A DNA stretch of 64,000 nucleotides from Convolutriloba macropyga. Taxonomy: Eukaryota. The notes beneath the pieces were generated by a model. The model was given only the letters and a program-made list of their open reading frames with translations, made no database searches and was not told where the DNA came from. Of the stretch, positions 41,112-53,659 are shown one piece after another. Within the stretch, counting starts at the first letter, position 1. The number at the start of each line of letters is the position of its first letter. The translations under genes were made by a program, and so were the position numbers. The stretch spans positions 74,834,001 through 74,898,000 of the forward strand of contig NC_134473.1 in NCBI RefSeq assembly GCF_964194025.1. Direction: 5' to 3'.

Positions 41112-41182
41112 TGATTAGATATATTATATACAATTTATATTTATATATGATGTATTGAATTTATTATATTATATTATATTAT

Positions 41183-41226
<44 letters not shown>
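41073..41226. repeat. Two (TA)n microsatellites (41073-41109 and 41187-41226) with an AT-rich spacer
   Basis: Directly visible. Confidence 0.95.
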
Positions 41227-41232
<6 letters not shown>

Positions 41233-42135
41233 ATTACGAATTGTTCACCTTCAAAAGAAATTAGCTGGGTTACACTCCTTCTCTATTTAAAACAGAATGT
41301 AAATTTTCAGTTTTAAGTGTTTTATTACTATTAGCATACTCTTACAACATTTGTGATTTTTCTTAAGTTTGCCTCACTTTGTCTCTTTTACATTGGGTAT
41401 GTCACTCAAAAATGCCAATGATTTGTAAGCCGAGCTGAAGTTTTAAGAAAAAACGAAGTTGATAAATACTTAATTTAATCAAAGGATGTTCAAGTTTTTC
41501 GAACACTTTTCAAAACAGATTATTAAATCAAAAAGATTATTTAACGTTGAGGAATATAAAGCGAAGTCCTCAAGGAAATAATCATGCAAAAAATTCAACT
41601 AATGGTCATTAACATATTACGCCTATGTTCTCTAAAAATAGCGGTCCAGAATTCTGGTGGAATTTTTAAAAATCTAAAAAAACCAAATTAATAAAGGTTA
41701 AAAAAAATTGAAAGACAATAATAGATTTGATTTGGTGTCTTATATGAAAAATTAAACAATTTTTCTACTCAAATTTTGAAAGAAATTGAATTTCAGAAAA
41801 AAATCGATCTTTTGAGCCCACAAATGATAAAAAATTCTTCTACAAACTTGAAAAATCAGAATGATTATTTTTTGTTTAAATGAAGTTTAAGGGCACCCAG
41901 TCAAAAATTTAATGATCATATCTTCATTGAAAAATATACATTTCCTAACATAAATAGACCAGAGGTTTTCCTTTTATAATGATCCTTTCACGGTCAAGGG
42001 CATAATTTTAATTATTGTTTTTAGGCTAACTAAAAGTTTTCTTTGACAGTTATTTAGTTTTAAACGTAAAAAAGTACTAAAATTACAAAATCGGCCCCTC
42101 ACACAGAAGAAAATGTTTTGGTTAACTTTGCTTAC

Positions 42136-42880
42136 CTGGGCAGAGGGCTAATCTGATCACGACGCTCTTCATAAGGAGTAGGCCTTTCGGGTTCAAACTG
42201 AGACCGGCTCGTATTAAAATAGTAATAAATGAGAAGTCCCTCAAAGCCACTCTGTACTCGCGGGCAATGTATTCGGCTATCGGTTTGGGCGTAAATGGTA
42301 GGGTAATGTTGTTGAGTAAAATACCCGCTAGTAACATCCCTAACAGGGGTGGTAACCCAAATAACCCAATTAAAAAGCCAGTTACTCGACTAGCTACGTA
42401 TAGTGAAAATATTGAAAACATGTTCCCCCCAAAGTAGGCCTCCTCTTTCCCCACGATGCCCCATAACGCGGCCCATGAGATTAGCAAGCCCAAAACACGA
42501 GTTAAAACCCACCCGAAATGGCTGTGAGGTGGGCATAAAAAGTACCAGCGCACTTGCTGTAGTTTGGTCGGTTCTTCTGGTAAAGCGTTTTCGGAGAGTA
42601 AACAAAACTGTACTGCTTTTGTGCGATATATTGCATTGCAAAGTCGCCCCACTGCTTTTGGGCACAAGTCGGAGGGGTTCGTGGTTGTCGTGCCCTGTTC
42701 GGCCGAATGGTTGGTTCCGGCACCCAAAGACGCTCGGTCGGAGCTTCGGGTGGCTTTGGCGTGTGGGTGGGTGTGGTGCTGTGGGTGTATACTGGTGGGG
42801 GGCTGATTATGTTGAGTTGAATCGTTAGAGAGACTGTTCACACATTGAATGTGTTGTGTGGGTTGCGTTTGAATGACCAT
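42136..42880 (-). CDS. SLC9B2: NHA/SLC9B coding exon 1; the spliced CDS is 745+165+1223 nt = 710 aa
   Basis: ATG at 42880; CPPH, GLPPLLGMLLAGILLNN, ILIRAGLSL, VIRLALCP; donor G|GTAAG. The start codon is inferred. Confidence 0.92.
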
Positions 42881-43736
42881 AGTTGCTACCCCGAATTGGA
42901 TCAACTACTGTTCGGCAGCAATCTATGGCCACTGGATTAACGTGTTATAGTTTGATAAGTTATTGAACTCCAAGTTATAACCGATAAATTAAAACTTTTT
43001 AGTTATGAATAACAAACTTGGTCTTTATTGGACAATTGTGAATAATAGTTTCCTGTGCGATACCTGAAGTCCTGAATTGTAACCGTTAGATAAACTGAAA
43101 CTACGTATAATTTTCAAAAGAAATCGAAAGTTAATAAGAATAGAGGCATATTATTGTAGTGGTAAAGTGCATGTAAATATATTTTGGATAAATGAAGTTT
43201 CCTAAGCTGTTTGACAATGAAAAGCAGTGAAGATTTGAGAGTGAAGGAACATTAGGTAATGTTGGAAAGAGATTTATTTTTGTGTCTTTCGGAGTTGCAG
43301 ATTCGGGTAATATTCGGAATGGGCAACCACAATTAGCTTCCAAAGTCAAATATGTTGGCAATATATCTGCGCTGGGCTTTCCTTGTGAACAAACGGGGCA
43401 AAATTGCTCCCCGCTCTCGCTCTCGCCCTGCAGTCTAGCGTTTGAAAGCGAGCAAGGAAAGAGAAAATGAGACTTTTGGTTTTAAAGTAGTTATAACGTG
43501 GGGAGTTATGAGTTATAAACTAGGCGGTAGTTATTTTGGTTATTACGAATGCGGACTTCAATTATTGTGGGACGGATTTAAACACTTTGGGAGCTAGATT
43601 AACGTGGATAATTCGACCACTGTAGTTGTCTGCTCTACTTATAACTAACTATAACCAACAGCAGTTTATATAACTGGTGAAGAACAACAACCAACGACAT
43701 TATACGGACTGTTACTGCGGCCGTGGTAGTCCGAAC

Positions 43737-43936
43737 NNNNNNNNNNNNNNNNNNNNNNNNNNNNNNNNNNNNNNNNNNNNNNNNNNNNNNNNNNNNNNNN
43801 NNNNNNNNNNNNNNNNNNNNNNNNNNNNNNNNNNNNNNNNNNNNNNNNNNNNNNNNNNNNNNNNNNNNNNNNNNNNNNNNNNNNNNNNNNNNNNNNNNNN
43901 NNNNNNNNNNNNNNNNNNNNNNNNNNNNNNNNNNNN
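43737..43936. other. Assembly gap (200 N)
   Basis: Run of N; the true size is unknown. Confidence 1.
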
Positions 43937-43937
43937 G

Positions 43938-44054
43938 TTTAGAAAACTCGCCTATTCAGAAGACCAACATTCTGTTCAGTGCTCTTTACACTGAATGGGA
44001 GGTCTTTATGAAGACAACAGGCAGCTCATAGAAGCTACAGACAGCTACTTTGCG
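43938..44054 (+). CDS. Partial exon of a TPR-repeat protein gene, containing an in-frame TGA
   Basis: FRKLAYSEDQHSVQCSLH*MGGLYEDNRQLIEATDSYFA|GTATGC; the phase-0 join to 48692 completes a TPR-like unit. Confidence 0.55.
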
Positions 44055-46039
44055 GTATGCAGTTACTTGTTGCTTTTACTGAGTGGGGGGGGGGGGGGGG
44101 GGAGTTGTTTGATAACGAGAACCGGACAGTAAACCAAGAGAACTGGTGATCTAAAGATAATTTCAATGATTTGTTGAAAAACAGTTTTAGAGAACGACTT
44201 TATAGAAAATAACACTTGAAGAGATTTATAAAAGATTGAAAACGGTGAAATTTACTAACATGAAGGCATTTCTTGTTCAATAAGCAAATTTCGTTCTTTA
44301 AGACGTTACCTGGACCTACTTAACATGCTTATTCATTTGCTCAAATCGATACTCGTGGGAGCATCTTGGGTTTGTGTTCAGGCACTGAGAGTGGAAACAG
44401 TGAATCATGGCTCTGACCACCCAGACGTTGCCACGTGTCAGATCACATTGGTAGAATATACCATAAGCAAGACAACAACACTGAAGCTTTGAAGTTCTAA
44501 CAAAGCCCAAAAAACAAGGTACACTAGAATATTCGATTTTTTTTTGTACTTGGCAAAATATCTTCACCTATTAGCTTATTAAATAAATTGACAGTTTCGA
44601 CACGAATCGTTGCCATAAACCAGAACTGAGACTCTCTAAACATTTAGTGCACAACTAGTAGATCTGACGACCTAGTATCAAACTTCATTTTTCTCTTGAA
44701 ATACATGTCCAGTGAAATAACATCTAAAAGAACAGTTTTGAAACGTAGCTTTTATATTGCTTATAAAATTTATCAGAAACAATTATAATATCAAAGATTG
44801 CTCAAAATTTTATCTAATTTCTAGATTATTTCATCAGGACAGACAGAGAAATCATAGCTGGATGAATCCACAACGGCTCGTGTTTAATTAAATTTTGACC
44901 TATCCTAACTTAGAATACAAAAAATGTCCATAAAATTCGTAGTGAAAAGGTGTCGGTCATATATTGTTATAAGAAAAAGGAGAAGAAAGTATGTAAATAA
45001 AATATTCAAAAATCGTTTTTACTTGCATGATTATTAACTGATGAGTTAAAAACTGAATATCTTGCTATTGGTTATGATCTACGAAATTCTGAAACTCTTT
45101 TAAGGAAATTGTTAACTGGTTTCTGCAGAATGGGAAGACAAACGAATGTGCTAACCGCAGAAAATGTGGTAACTAATATTTGAAATTCGGTCAGCAAAAA
45201 AATTAAAAAATATGGGAGTTTTTGCATTTTTTTACTTTCACAGCGGATACGGTGATATCCAACTTTGAAAAAAAATGAGTATTGCATCTCCCCTAGAAAC
45301 AAAGACTCAAATGAAAAACGTTCCTTTTAATTTATCGTTTGCGAACAAAATTTCACTTAAAAACCTAAATAAAAAATAGAAAACAACGAAATCAAGTTTC
45401 AATTTTCAGAACTAAAGTTGTTCTTCTGGCGTTAATTAAATAGATTTGTTTGAATAGATTTGTTGAATAGATAATTGAATAGATTTGTTTTGTAAACAAT
45501 TTGGCAAATTCTCAAAAATGAGCGGAAAAACTGAATGACATTTACTACCGCCATTCTGTTACACGTCCAATAGTGTATGGCTAAACCAAAAAAAACTCAC
45601 TTTTGGGTTCTTGTTTTTGCAAATATTGAAAAATTGAAAAATATTTCCGAAAATAGTCGAAACTTGAAAGTTCTAGGAGAATGATGAATTCGAATTAATC
45701 GCTACTGTTTCGCTCGCCTTGGTTGCCCCTTTCTGAAAAATTGGAACAAACAAGGCGGCTCGTTAATGTGCGTTCGCATATGATGTTCCGACCCGAGCTC
45801 ATCTACATTTTTGACTTAATTGTCAACCAAATGAAGAGATAACAAAAATAGATGTTTGAATTTTAAAAAAAAATGCTACATTTTAAGTTAATTAAACACA
45901 CTAAATTCAGCCTCGCTGAAATAGCAATCATAGGTTTCATTCATGTGACATCAATAACTCATCACAATAAGTCATTTGGCAAAGAAAAATACATCAAAAC
46001 CACGAAATTTTTGAGAAAACCCATAGTATCAAAGTCAAA

Positions 46040-47120
46040 AAATTCTACAGCTTTCAACGGAAGGCATTTAATACGCTAAATTATGCCTAAATGATGTGAC
46101 GACTAGGATGTTTGTCATCCAATATTTATCAATAAGACATTACAACAAGTCATTGACTATGAAAACAACAACAAAAACAGGCAAAATCCAAAAGTTCGGT
46201 AGAAAATTGAGAGAAGAAAGTGTCGAAGCTATTTAAACCATAAGCGTTTTTCCCTGAAAAATTTTTCAACGATCTATTGAACGTCTTCACTAAGCCGATG
46301 GGAGCCATTAATATTGGATAATGTAATACGATTTCAAAAGGAACCAAAATTACTTAAAAAAATCCAAAAATTATAAAAATTATGAAAACTCGTGCACCGA
46401 AGTCAAAAAAACCAATAGTTAGAAGACAAAACCGCTAACTAGATAAATTGTTGCTGATGTAGAAAAAAAGCGGTTCTGTCATTACCGAGACTGACTTACA
46501 ATCCACGAAAATAAGGTTAAGATTGATTTATGTTCAAAAAAAATATAAAAAAATATTTTTAATGTCTTAACAGCCATCAAACTCAAAAGCTTTCATAGGA
46601 ATTCAATGAATACGTTCAGCTATGCCACGATGTGAACACAAGGATGTTTATGATGCCTACGTAATCAATAAGACATCACAATATGTCTTATGACTATGAA
46701 AAAAAAACAAATACAGGCAAAAATCAAAATTTCTTTAGAAAAATGGGAGAAGAAAGTGTTGAAGCCATTTAAACCATATTTTTTTTCTCAGAAAGTTTTA
46801 TCTATGATCCTTTGGACGTCTGCACTAAAAGAAGATTTAGCCATCAATATTAGGATGACGTGATAAGATTTCAAAATGAAACAATTAAACGAAATGTCCA
46901 AAAATTTTTTTAAAAAATTTGAAATCTTGTGGCATTGAAGACGTATAACCAATAGTTATTTGATAAAAGCGCCAATGAGATTAACTTATGTTGCAGTGGT
47001 ATGGAGAAGTTCAATCCTGTTTTTACTGAGACGAACTTACAGTTCACAAAAATAAGTTTATGATTTACTAATTTTTAAAAACTTTCGAAAATTTATTTTC
47101 AAAGTCTTAACAGCCATTAG
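46040..47120 (+). repeat. Old tandem duplication, two units of ~540 bp (intronic)
   Basis: Colinear blocks ~540 nt apart: ATCAATAAGACAT, TGACTATGAAAA, GAGAAGAAAGTGT, ATTTAAACCATA, ACCAATAGTTA, GTCTTAACAGCCAT. Confidence 0.85.
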
Positions 47121-48511
47121 CTGTCCACTCACAGCACTAGATAGGTTCACTTAATGCTCATTAGCAAATCTATTTAGTCAAATTTATCACCTTTAGTCAA
47201 CAAGTTTATGCCATAGGATTATAAAACTTTAGTAAAACCTCAAAAAATAAATCAAAATTTCATTTGAAATTACGAAATTTGAGATACGAGTCCAAAAAAA
47301 AACATGAGCGATACCTTCGAAACAAATTTTTTGTTCATTGGGCTTCATTTGATTGTAAAAAAGGTTTGTCATTAACGGAACTTCGATATTAAAAGTGTCT
47401 AGTAGTCTCTAGGTGACTTGAAAAAACAAAAAAATTGCAAAATTTTCTTAAAAAAAAGAGCTCCCAAACCTAATTCGAAATTTTTTATATATTAAACTTC
47501 CCTCTAAGACTAGAACTAGTCTTTATTATCTCCTCTCGTCTATTAAAAACCTAAAATTGATTTACTTTTTGGCCTGAAATCTAGTTTTGAATTAAATTTT
47601 TCGTAGAAAAAACGTTAATTCGAACGAAAATTACGGTAAAAGTGAACAAAAGTGAACCAAATATCCAGTGTTCACATAAAGCTTTAAACCTCGATAACTC
47701 CTCGAAAAAAAAACGAAATTCAAAAAAATCTTTTTAATTTCGAATTCTACGCTGGACGAGCTTTTTAATGATACCACGCACATTTCTCTACGATATATCG
47801 GTCGGCCAAAATTCACGGAACAAAAAAAAACCCATTTGAGTATATAGTTCCTCCCCCCCCCACAAGTGGGGTCGGAACAATTAACCTATAGGGGGCTCGA
47901 AAATTGCGTTTTTCCTCTAAACGAGTCGGGCGATCCCCTAGTTTTTTATTTGAAATTGTTTTTTGCAAAAGATTGTCTGTTTTAGGGAAAAACTTTTGGT
48001 CCTCCAACCGCTGTGCCTTAAAATGTTTAAAATAATCGAACTGTTAATGACTGGGCGAAGAAACTGCTAGAAAACATGAGGGACTTTCACAACTGCTGTT
48101 TTGCTTGTTATCTACTACTCTATGCAATAACAAAAAACTATCCACCTGTCCCCCTAATTTTTGAGATGAGCAAAATCGAAAGGAATGTTTTTGATGACAG
48201 AAAACATAATTTTGCCGCCAATAAAGGTTTCCACTCTTAGCTTCCCGTGTCTCAACAAAATCAACGATACATTGATTTTTTTAACCTATCTTGTTTCAAG
48301 ATACTGTTTTCAGAGAGTACTATTTCGGTGAGATGAATTTGAGAACAGCAGAAGTGTATTCTAACATCGGCGATTGCGTCCTCGCAACTGGAGACGGAAT
48401 CAAAGCACTCCAATTCTACAATAAGGTAAAATGGCTGGCACGAGTTTGCCAATAAGAGCTGCATATGAGAAAAAAAATTACCATAACTTAGAACAGAGGA
48501 CAATGTTTAGT

Positions 48512-48590
48512 TCAAGCTCTGATGCAGCTTTTCTCAGCTCTGAAAAGACCTGTTTTCAGCTCTGAAAATTGCCATTCTCAGCTCCGAACC
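48512..48590 (+). repeat. Short minisatellite, ~21-nt period, core CAGCTCTGAAA
   Basis: Four degenerate copies are visible. Confidence 0.6.
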
Positions 48591-48691
48591 AGTTTTAATT
48601 ATGCATTTTAAATACTAAACAATTGAAGACTAACTCAAGCAGTAAGGGGTAGAAAATTCCTCAAGTGGTAATGGGTTTTGCCCTGTTACAG

Positions 48692-48844
48692 AGCTTAGAA
48701 GCCAGACAGAGCCAGTTATCAGTAGAAGAGGATACAGAGGGACTGTTAGGACACGCTCTGAGGAATATAGCAAACTCTCATTTCCACAGATGCGACTTCA
48801 AACTGGCCATTGATGCCTACGAGCAAGCTATCACTGCATACAGG
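48692..48844 (+). CDS. TPR-repeat protein exon
   Basis: Acceptor CCCTGTTACAG; SLEARQ...ALRNIANSHFHRCDFKLAIDAYEQAITAYR fits TPR spacing. The donor is weak, so the 3' end is uncertain. Confidence 0.7.
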
Positions 48845-51327
48845 GTCAAATTTGAACCACAAGGTTATAGTAAAGTTGCCCAAACACGACCCCCCCCCCC
48901 GGGGGGAAAATGTGTGAACAATGCGAGCACCCCATTGTGAACGTTCCTGTGAACAACACTTGACTGTAAAAATTATACTGACATTAAATTAATTTTTATC
49001 GTTCAACTAGAGATTAACTACATGCTAACTTTGGATACAGCATAAGAAAAATAGAATACAATTTTTGATGAATCATCTTTACTGGAAAACAAAAAACTGT
49101 AGGATAAAGTAATCAAATTTTTCTAATGATTCGTCCTTTTCAATCAATTTGTTGCTAAAACAGATATCACTAGATATTCTCTTTATTTGCCGTGAGACCT
49201 GACACTCAACTGAAAATATAATAATATCCATGGCCACTTGCTGAAAAAATGGAGTTCTTTTTAGTTTTTGCATCAATTATTTCCATCAAAAATTGCTTTG
49301 CATTTTCGTACTGTTCTGCTGAAGACTATTTTATCACGTTCTTTTAAAAACAGCTAATTTTTGCTTTGAATTAATATAATCTAAGCTATATTACTAAAAC
49401 CTGCTCAAAATAACGACACTCGTTATTAAAAGAAAAGAAATTTCCAATAAAGTATATCAATGTGATTCATTGCTCTCAAACAAAGTTTGTAACAATTATA
49501 TTAGTCCTGCGGTCTTTATTAATGTGATTTTTCGCTAGACAAAATTTTCATTCGACACTTACCTTTTTGACCTCAAAACAGGATAAACAGATAAAGTCAG
49601 GAGGGCATTAAGTGAATGAAGCTTTAATTTTATGCCTCATTAATCTCTAATTATGCGATTAACAGAAACGGCTGAGGAGACCTAAAAATTTACGGTGTTA
49701 AGGGCGGTTCAAGAAGTAAGAACCCCGCCGCCCTCAGTTAATTCCCCCTCCCTACTCCACGCTCATCCCTACCCCATCCTCCATTTGGCCAACCCTCCAT
49801 TTGACCCCACCCCTCTCGTTCAGCCCCGCCAAACAACCCCCCCCCCCCCCAAATTCGCTTGCGTCCCCATCAGACCCCGCTATACGCTACCCACAATCCC
49901 CAATGCTAGCAATCCTATGCTCCAGCTGTTTGCTACCGAGACCAACCACTCACCCGTCGCTTGAGAGTTAAAGCAAAATTTCTTGGAACTTGGCGAATAG
50001 GTGACATCAATAATCGAAGTACAACAAAACTAATTTATTGTTGAATTTAATAACATGATCTCTTGAGTTCTCAAATTTTCTCTCCAATTAAAACGTAATT
50101 TTACCGAATGAACGCATTTAAAGAATGCTGCGCAAAAAGGGAATTTTGAAACTTTTTGAGAAAATTTAAATATTTTGTCAAACGGAACTAATTACTGGTT
50201 GTTACTTTTCTGTCATATTTTCTTGCTAATAACTAAAAACAAACAACTTTTATATTGTTCGTTTGAACGTAATGTTTCTTTTGTTACAGCCGAAGACAAC
50301 GAAACAATGACCACTTTTCCTGTTTAGTATAAATATCTTCCCTTTAGACCGAAAATTGATATTAAGATATTAAAACAAGCTTCTCGGAAAAGCAAAATAG
50401 TGACTCCTTGCAATAATCATTGACATCGAGTTTGTGGTTTCCGGGAAAATTTTTTCTAAATGTAGAATTATATCATAAATAACAACGTAGCTGAGAAGAA
50501 TTTTTGAGTGATACTCTTCACGAATCGATGAAAAAAACTTTGCCTTCCGGTTTTCACTTTCTTGTGGTAAGTTTGAGCTGTTAAAGTTTTTATGGCGCTA
50601 AAATTATTTTGCGGTTAGTCCGCACTGCAGATCTCAAAAATTCACAAGTAAAACGCATAGGCATGGATATAGTTCGCCAAACTATCTACAATCAATGCTT
50701 GAATTTTATTGAAATAAATTAATGCGATCATAGTTGCAAGTTTAGTATACGCTGCTCGAACTGTGCTCTGCTGAGTTCAAGCATAATCTTAAAAATTTTT
50801 TAAAAAGCGAATTTAATCAAACCATAATTTTGAGAATAATCCAACATCGATAATTAAAATTATTAATGGAAAATCTACGGTTATAAAGCTAGAGAAGTTA
50901 ATAATAAAGGTTAAGAAAATTTTGAAATTTGAGGAAGTAGGTCTCAATTCTTTGAAACATTTTTTGTTGTTATAGCTCAAGAGAATATTACAAAAAAAAA
51001 CAAAAACAAAATATCTTTTATTTGATTTTCTGAGTTCAAACAAAACTCGTAATTTCTGAAAATGCATACAAAATATTTTTTAAGAATTTGGTTACGTTTT
51101 CTGTTGAACAAAAAAGGGTACGTTGCAATAAAGCAGTACCTTCTTACATGATTTCAATTTCTCAGTATTCGTAAGTACAAGTTAGTCACCAGTATGAAAA
51201 TTCTCGTTTTGCTCAAAATTTATGCATTTGAACGATTCCTACTTAGCAGCGACTATGGAGGTATAATCTCACACGATCTCTCGCTAAATTTAAATGAACG
51301 TTTTATTCAATGATTTTATCATTTTAG

Positions 51328-51536
51328 AACTCGTCTGTCTTGACACTCAACATTATCTAGCAAAAGCATTGCACAGCTATGGCAACTACTCCGAGGCACA
51401 AACAATATACAAATCAGTTCTTCAGACGTTTCAGTTCCAAAGGAACGAAGAGAAGACCATTGCTATTCTAGAGGATCTGGGCTTGCTGTATCAAGAGACG
51501 GGCGAATACAAACGGGCTAAACGGACTTTTCTCCAA
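51328..51536 (+). CDS. TPR-repeat protein exon
   Basis: ATTTTAG acceptor (phase 1); HYLAKALHSYGNYSEAQTIYKSVL and ILEDLGLLYQETGEYKRAKRTFLQ; donor CAA|GTAACA. Confidence 0.8.
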
Positions 51537-52157
51537 GTAACAGAAATGAGGGGTGATTAAAATGACAATTGTAAAACAATTCTCTGCTGCAACTTTTGTC
51601 AACTGAATATCTCGACAGTTGAAAATTTAGTTAAGGAAAATTAAGAAAATTTAACATAATCCTGAATATATTGCTGGAAACCACAGTTAAGGAGTCGTAA
51701 TCGAGGCCCCCTTTATTTTGAAAATTCTCTAAATTATATTAAATTGGTGTAGGCATTTCATTGTCAACTTTAAGCAGCATTCTATTATTTAAACCACACA
51801 TTTGAAAACCTATGGAGTATATTTGAGGAAAAATGGTTTCATGGGAATCAGCTGGAGGAATTAATAAAGTTTCAGGATGCGTCTCAAAATTTAGCTGCAT
51901 CTCAAAATTAACTCGTAAAATACACTCAAACACGACAATGCTGCTGTCTTTATTTTCAACACTTTCCGTCCTAAATTAGCTACTTCTCATATTCTTACAA
52001 TGTACCGATCCAGAGCTATAGAAACTAAAGAACTCAATCTACGTAAATTTTAGAATCCGTTAAACATTGGGAACAGAAGAAAGCTACCTCTAATAAAATA
52101 TTTTTCTAACTAAGACTTTATAGGTTTATTAACTCAGTTTTCGTTCCAATTAGTTTA

Positions 52158-53480
52158 TCATACGTTCGGTACAGCTGTGTAGCTTCTGACAAGGGAGAAG
52201 ATGAAGGGCTTGAACTGCGCATTGTGAATATTAAAATCAGTCACTGGCCCTAGTGTGACATCGCTCCAAATGTTCCCAGAATCCGTAATGCGTGGGGCGA
52301 TCAGAGGAACCACTTTCTTTGTTTGAACCGAATATGAAACCCAAGACAGCTTGCAACTCGGCTTTTTGTGCCCGAGAGCTGATATCGCCAAAGTAAGGCA
52401 GAACGAATTCTCGTAGTACGGTTGAGGGTTTCGGTTGCGATTTAGTCGACCAGAAGATTGCGGTCGCTCGTCGTCTTTCAAGGCAATGACCGCGTTGTTT
52501 TCCTGCAGTTTATACTGACCTCTTTTGATCCCATTCAGTCGACAGTTCGTATCTTTTAGTTTGGGTACAACGAGCTTAGGATCTTCAGGCGAAGTGTACA
52601 TCAGAACTTGGCCATCGGGAAAGAACTTCAGATAGCGATAATACTCAACAGTATGCAGAATATTGTATGAGACTTCAAAAGCTTGCTCGCCTTGTCGTGT
52701 GTAAATCACTTTACTTATATAAACGCCATGGAAATTCAACCTTGGGCGTTTTACGTACATTTCCCTCCACGAGACATTCGAAAACTGAGGCGGCACACAA
52801 TCGCCCCAAACTTGCAGGCACGCCTGCCTCCAGATCACTGGATCTCTGGCAAGAAGTCGGAAACCTTTGCAGACCATGCCACAGTTTTCGATAGACTTCA
52901 TGTCAAAGTCTGGGAACGCGATGTGACGCAGGACCATAAACATCACATCGAAAGGCAACTTGGATATGTGAGTTTTATCGTGGTCAAATCCTTCACTGGG
53001 CTCACACAGAGCGAAAACAGATTCGTCTTCAGAAATGTCCAGCTCGTCATTCCTGATCTTTAGGCAGGCAAACTCAGAAGACGTTTGTTCCAGAGATAAA
53101 TCATCATCTTGTTCAGGCGCCGGAGTTGTTGTATCCGAACTTTTAGGCGAATCTTGAAACACTCGAAACTCTTGATCGATATCAGGAAAAAGTCGACAAG
53201 CTCTGGCATAGAAATTAACCGCCTTGAATGGATTTCCGGCTCTCTCCTCAGCAATGCCAATCTGGTACAGTGACCGGGCCAAGTTTTTCCGCTCGTTCTC
53301 GGAACCTCGCTGGTCCGAGTGTTCAGCTCGATTTGAACTTTCACGCATACGAAGATTGTCGTGCAATTCTTGAATCCATTGTTGTCGAAAGGTAGCCAAA
53401 TCGTCCGTAAGGGATGATCCTGATGCACCATCAGAGGCAATATCAATTTCATTAGTTGGAAGCTGCCAACCAGATGACAT
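52158..53480 (-). CDS. FBXO9: F-box only protein 9 (SCF substrate adaptor), single-exon CDS, 440 aa
   Basis: LATFRQQWIQEL; single TPR-like ARSLYQIGIAEERAGNPFKAVNFYARA...PDID; F-box HISKLPFDVMFMVL; ARDPVIWRQAC, WREMYVKRPRLNFHGVYISK, RQGE, VEYYRYLKFFPDG. AATAAA lies about 28 nt after the stop. Confidence 0.96.
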   Translation of the reverse strand: MSSGWQLPTNEIDIASDGASGSSLTDDLATFRQQWIQELHDNLRMRESSNRAEHSDQRGSENERKNLARSLYQIGIAEERAGNPFKAVNFYARACRLFPDIDQEFRVFQDSPKSSDTTTPAPEQDDDLSLEQTSSEFACLKIRNDELDISEDESVFALCEPSEGFDHDKTHISKLPFDVMFMVLRHIAFPDFDMKSIENCGMVCKGFRLLARDPVIWRQACLQVWGDCVPPQFSNVSWREMYVKRPRLNFHGVYISKVIYTRQGEQAFEVSYNILHTVEYYRYLKFFPDGQVLMYTSPEDPKLVVPKLKDTNCRLNGIKRGQYKLQENNAVIALKDDERPQSSGRLNRNRNPQPYYENSFCLTLAISALGHKKPSCKLSWVSYSVQTKKVVPLIAPRITDSGNIWSDVTLGPVTDFNIHNAQFKPFIFSLVRSYTAVPNV

Positions 53481-53659
53481 TGCGCAACTAAACTTAAACG
53501 GTTAGCGAGGTATGGTCCACTCGTGATACTTTATCGGGTGAAGTTGAGGTTAATGTGTTTTTTCTCAAATTGGATTGGAAACTCATATCTGAAAAGCAAT
53601 TTTCTGATGTATATTTTTATTAGTTATATCTATATTTTTACGTATTACAGTCTTATCGC

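Noticed and set aside
45036-45062. Hammerhead core CTGATGAGTTAAAAACTGAAT
   Set aside because: Weak stem II, no GAAA and no stem I or III; likely chance in AT-rich DNA.
48512-48590. CRISPR-like repeat-spacer pattern
   Set aside because: Repeats are ~11 nt with ~10-nt spacers, the context is eukaryotic and there are no cas genes; this is a minisatellite.
49695-49964. Proline-rich ORF
   Set aside because: By-product of C-run low complexity; no fitting splice sites.
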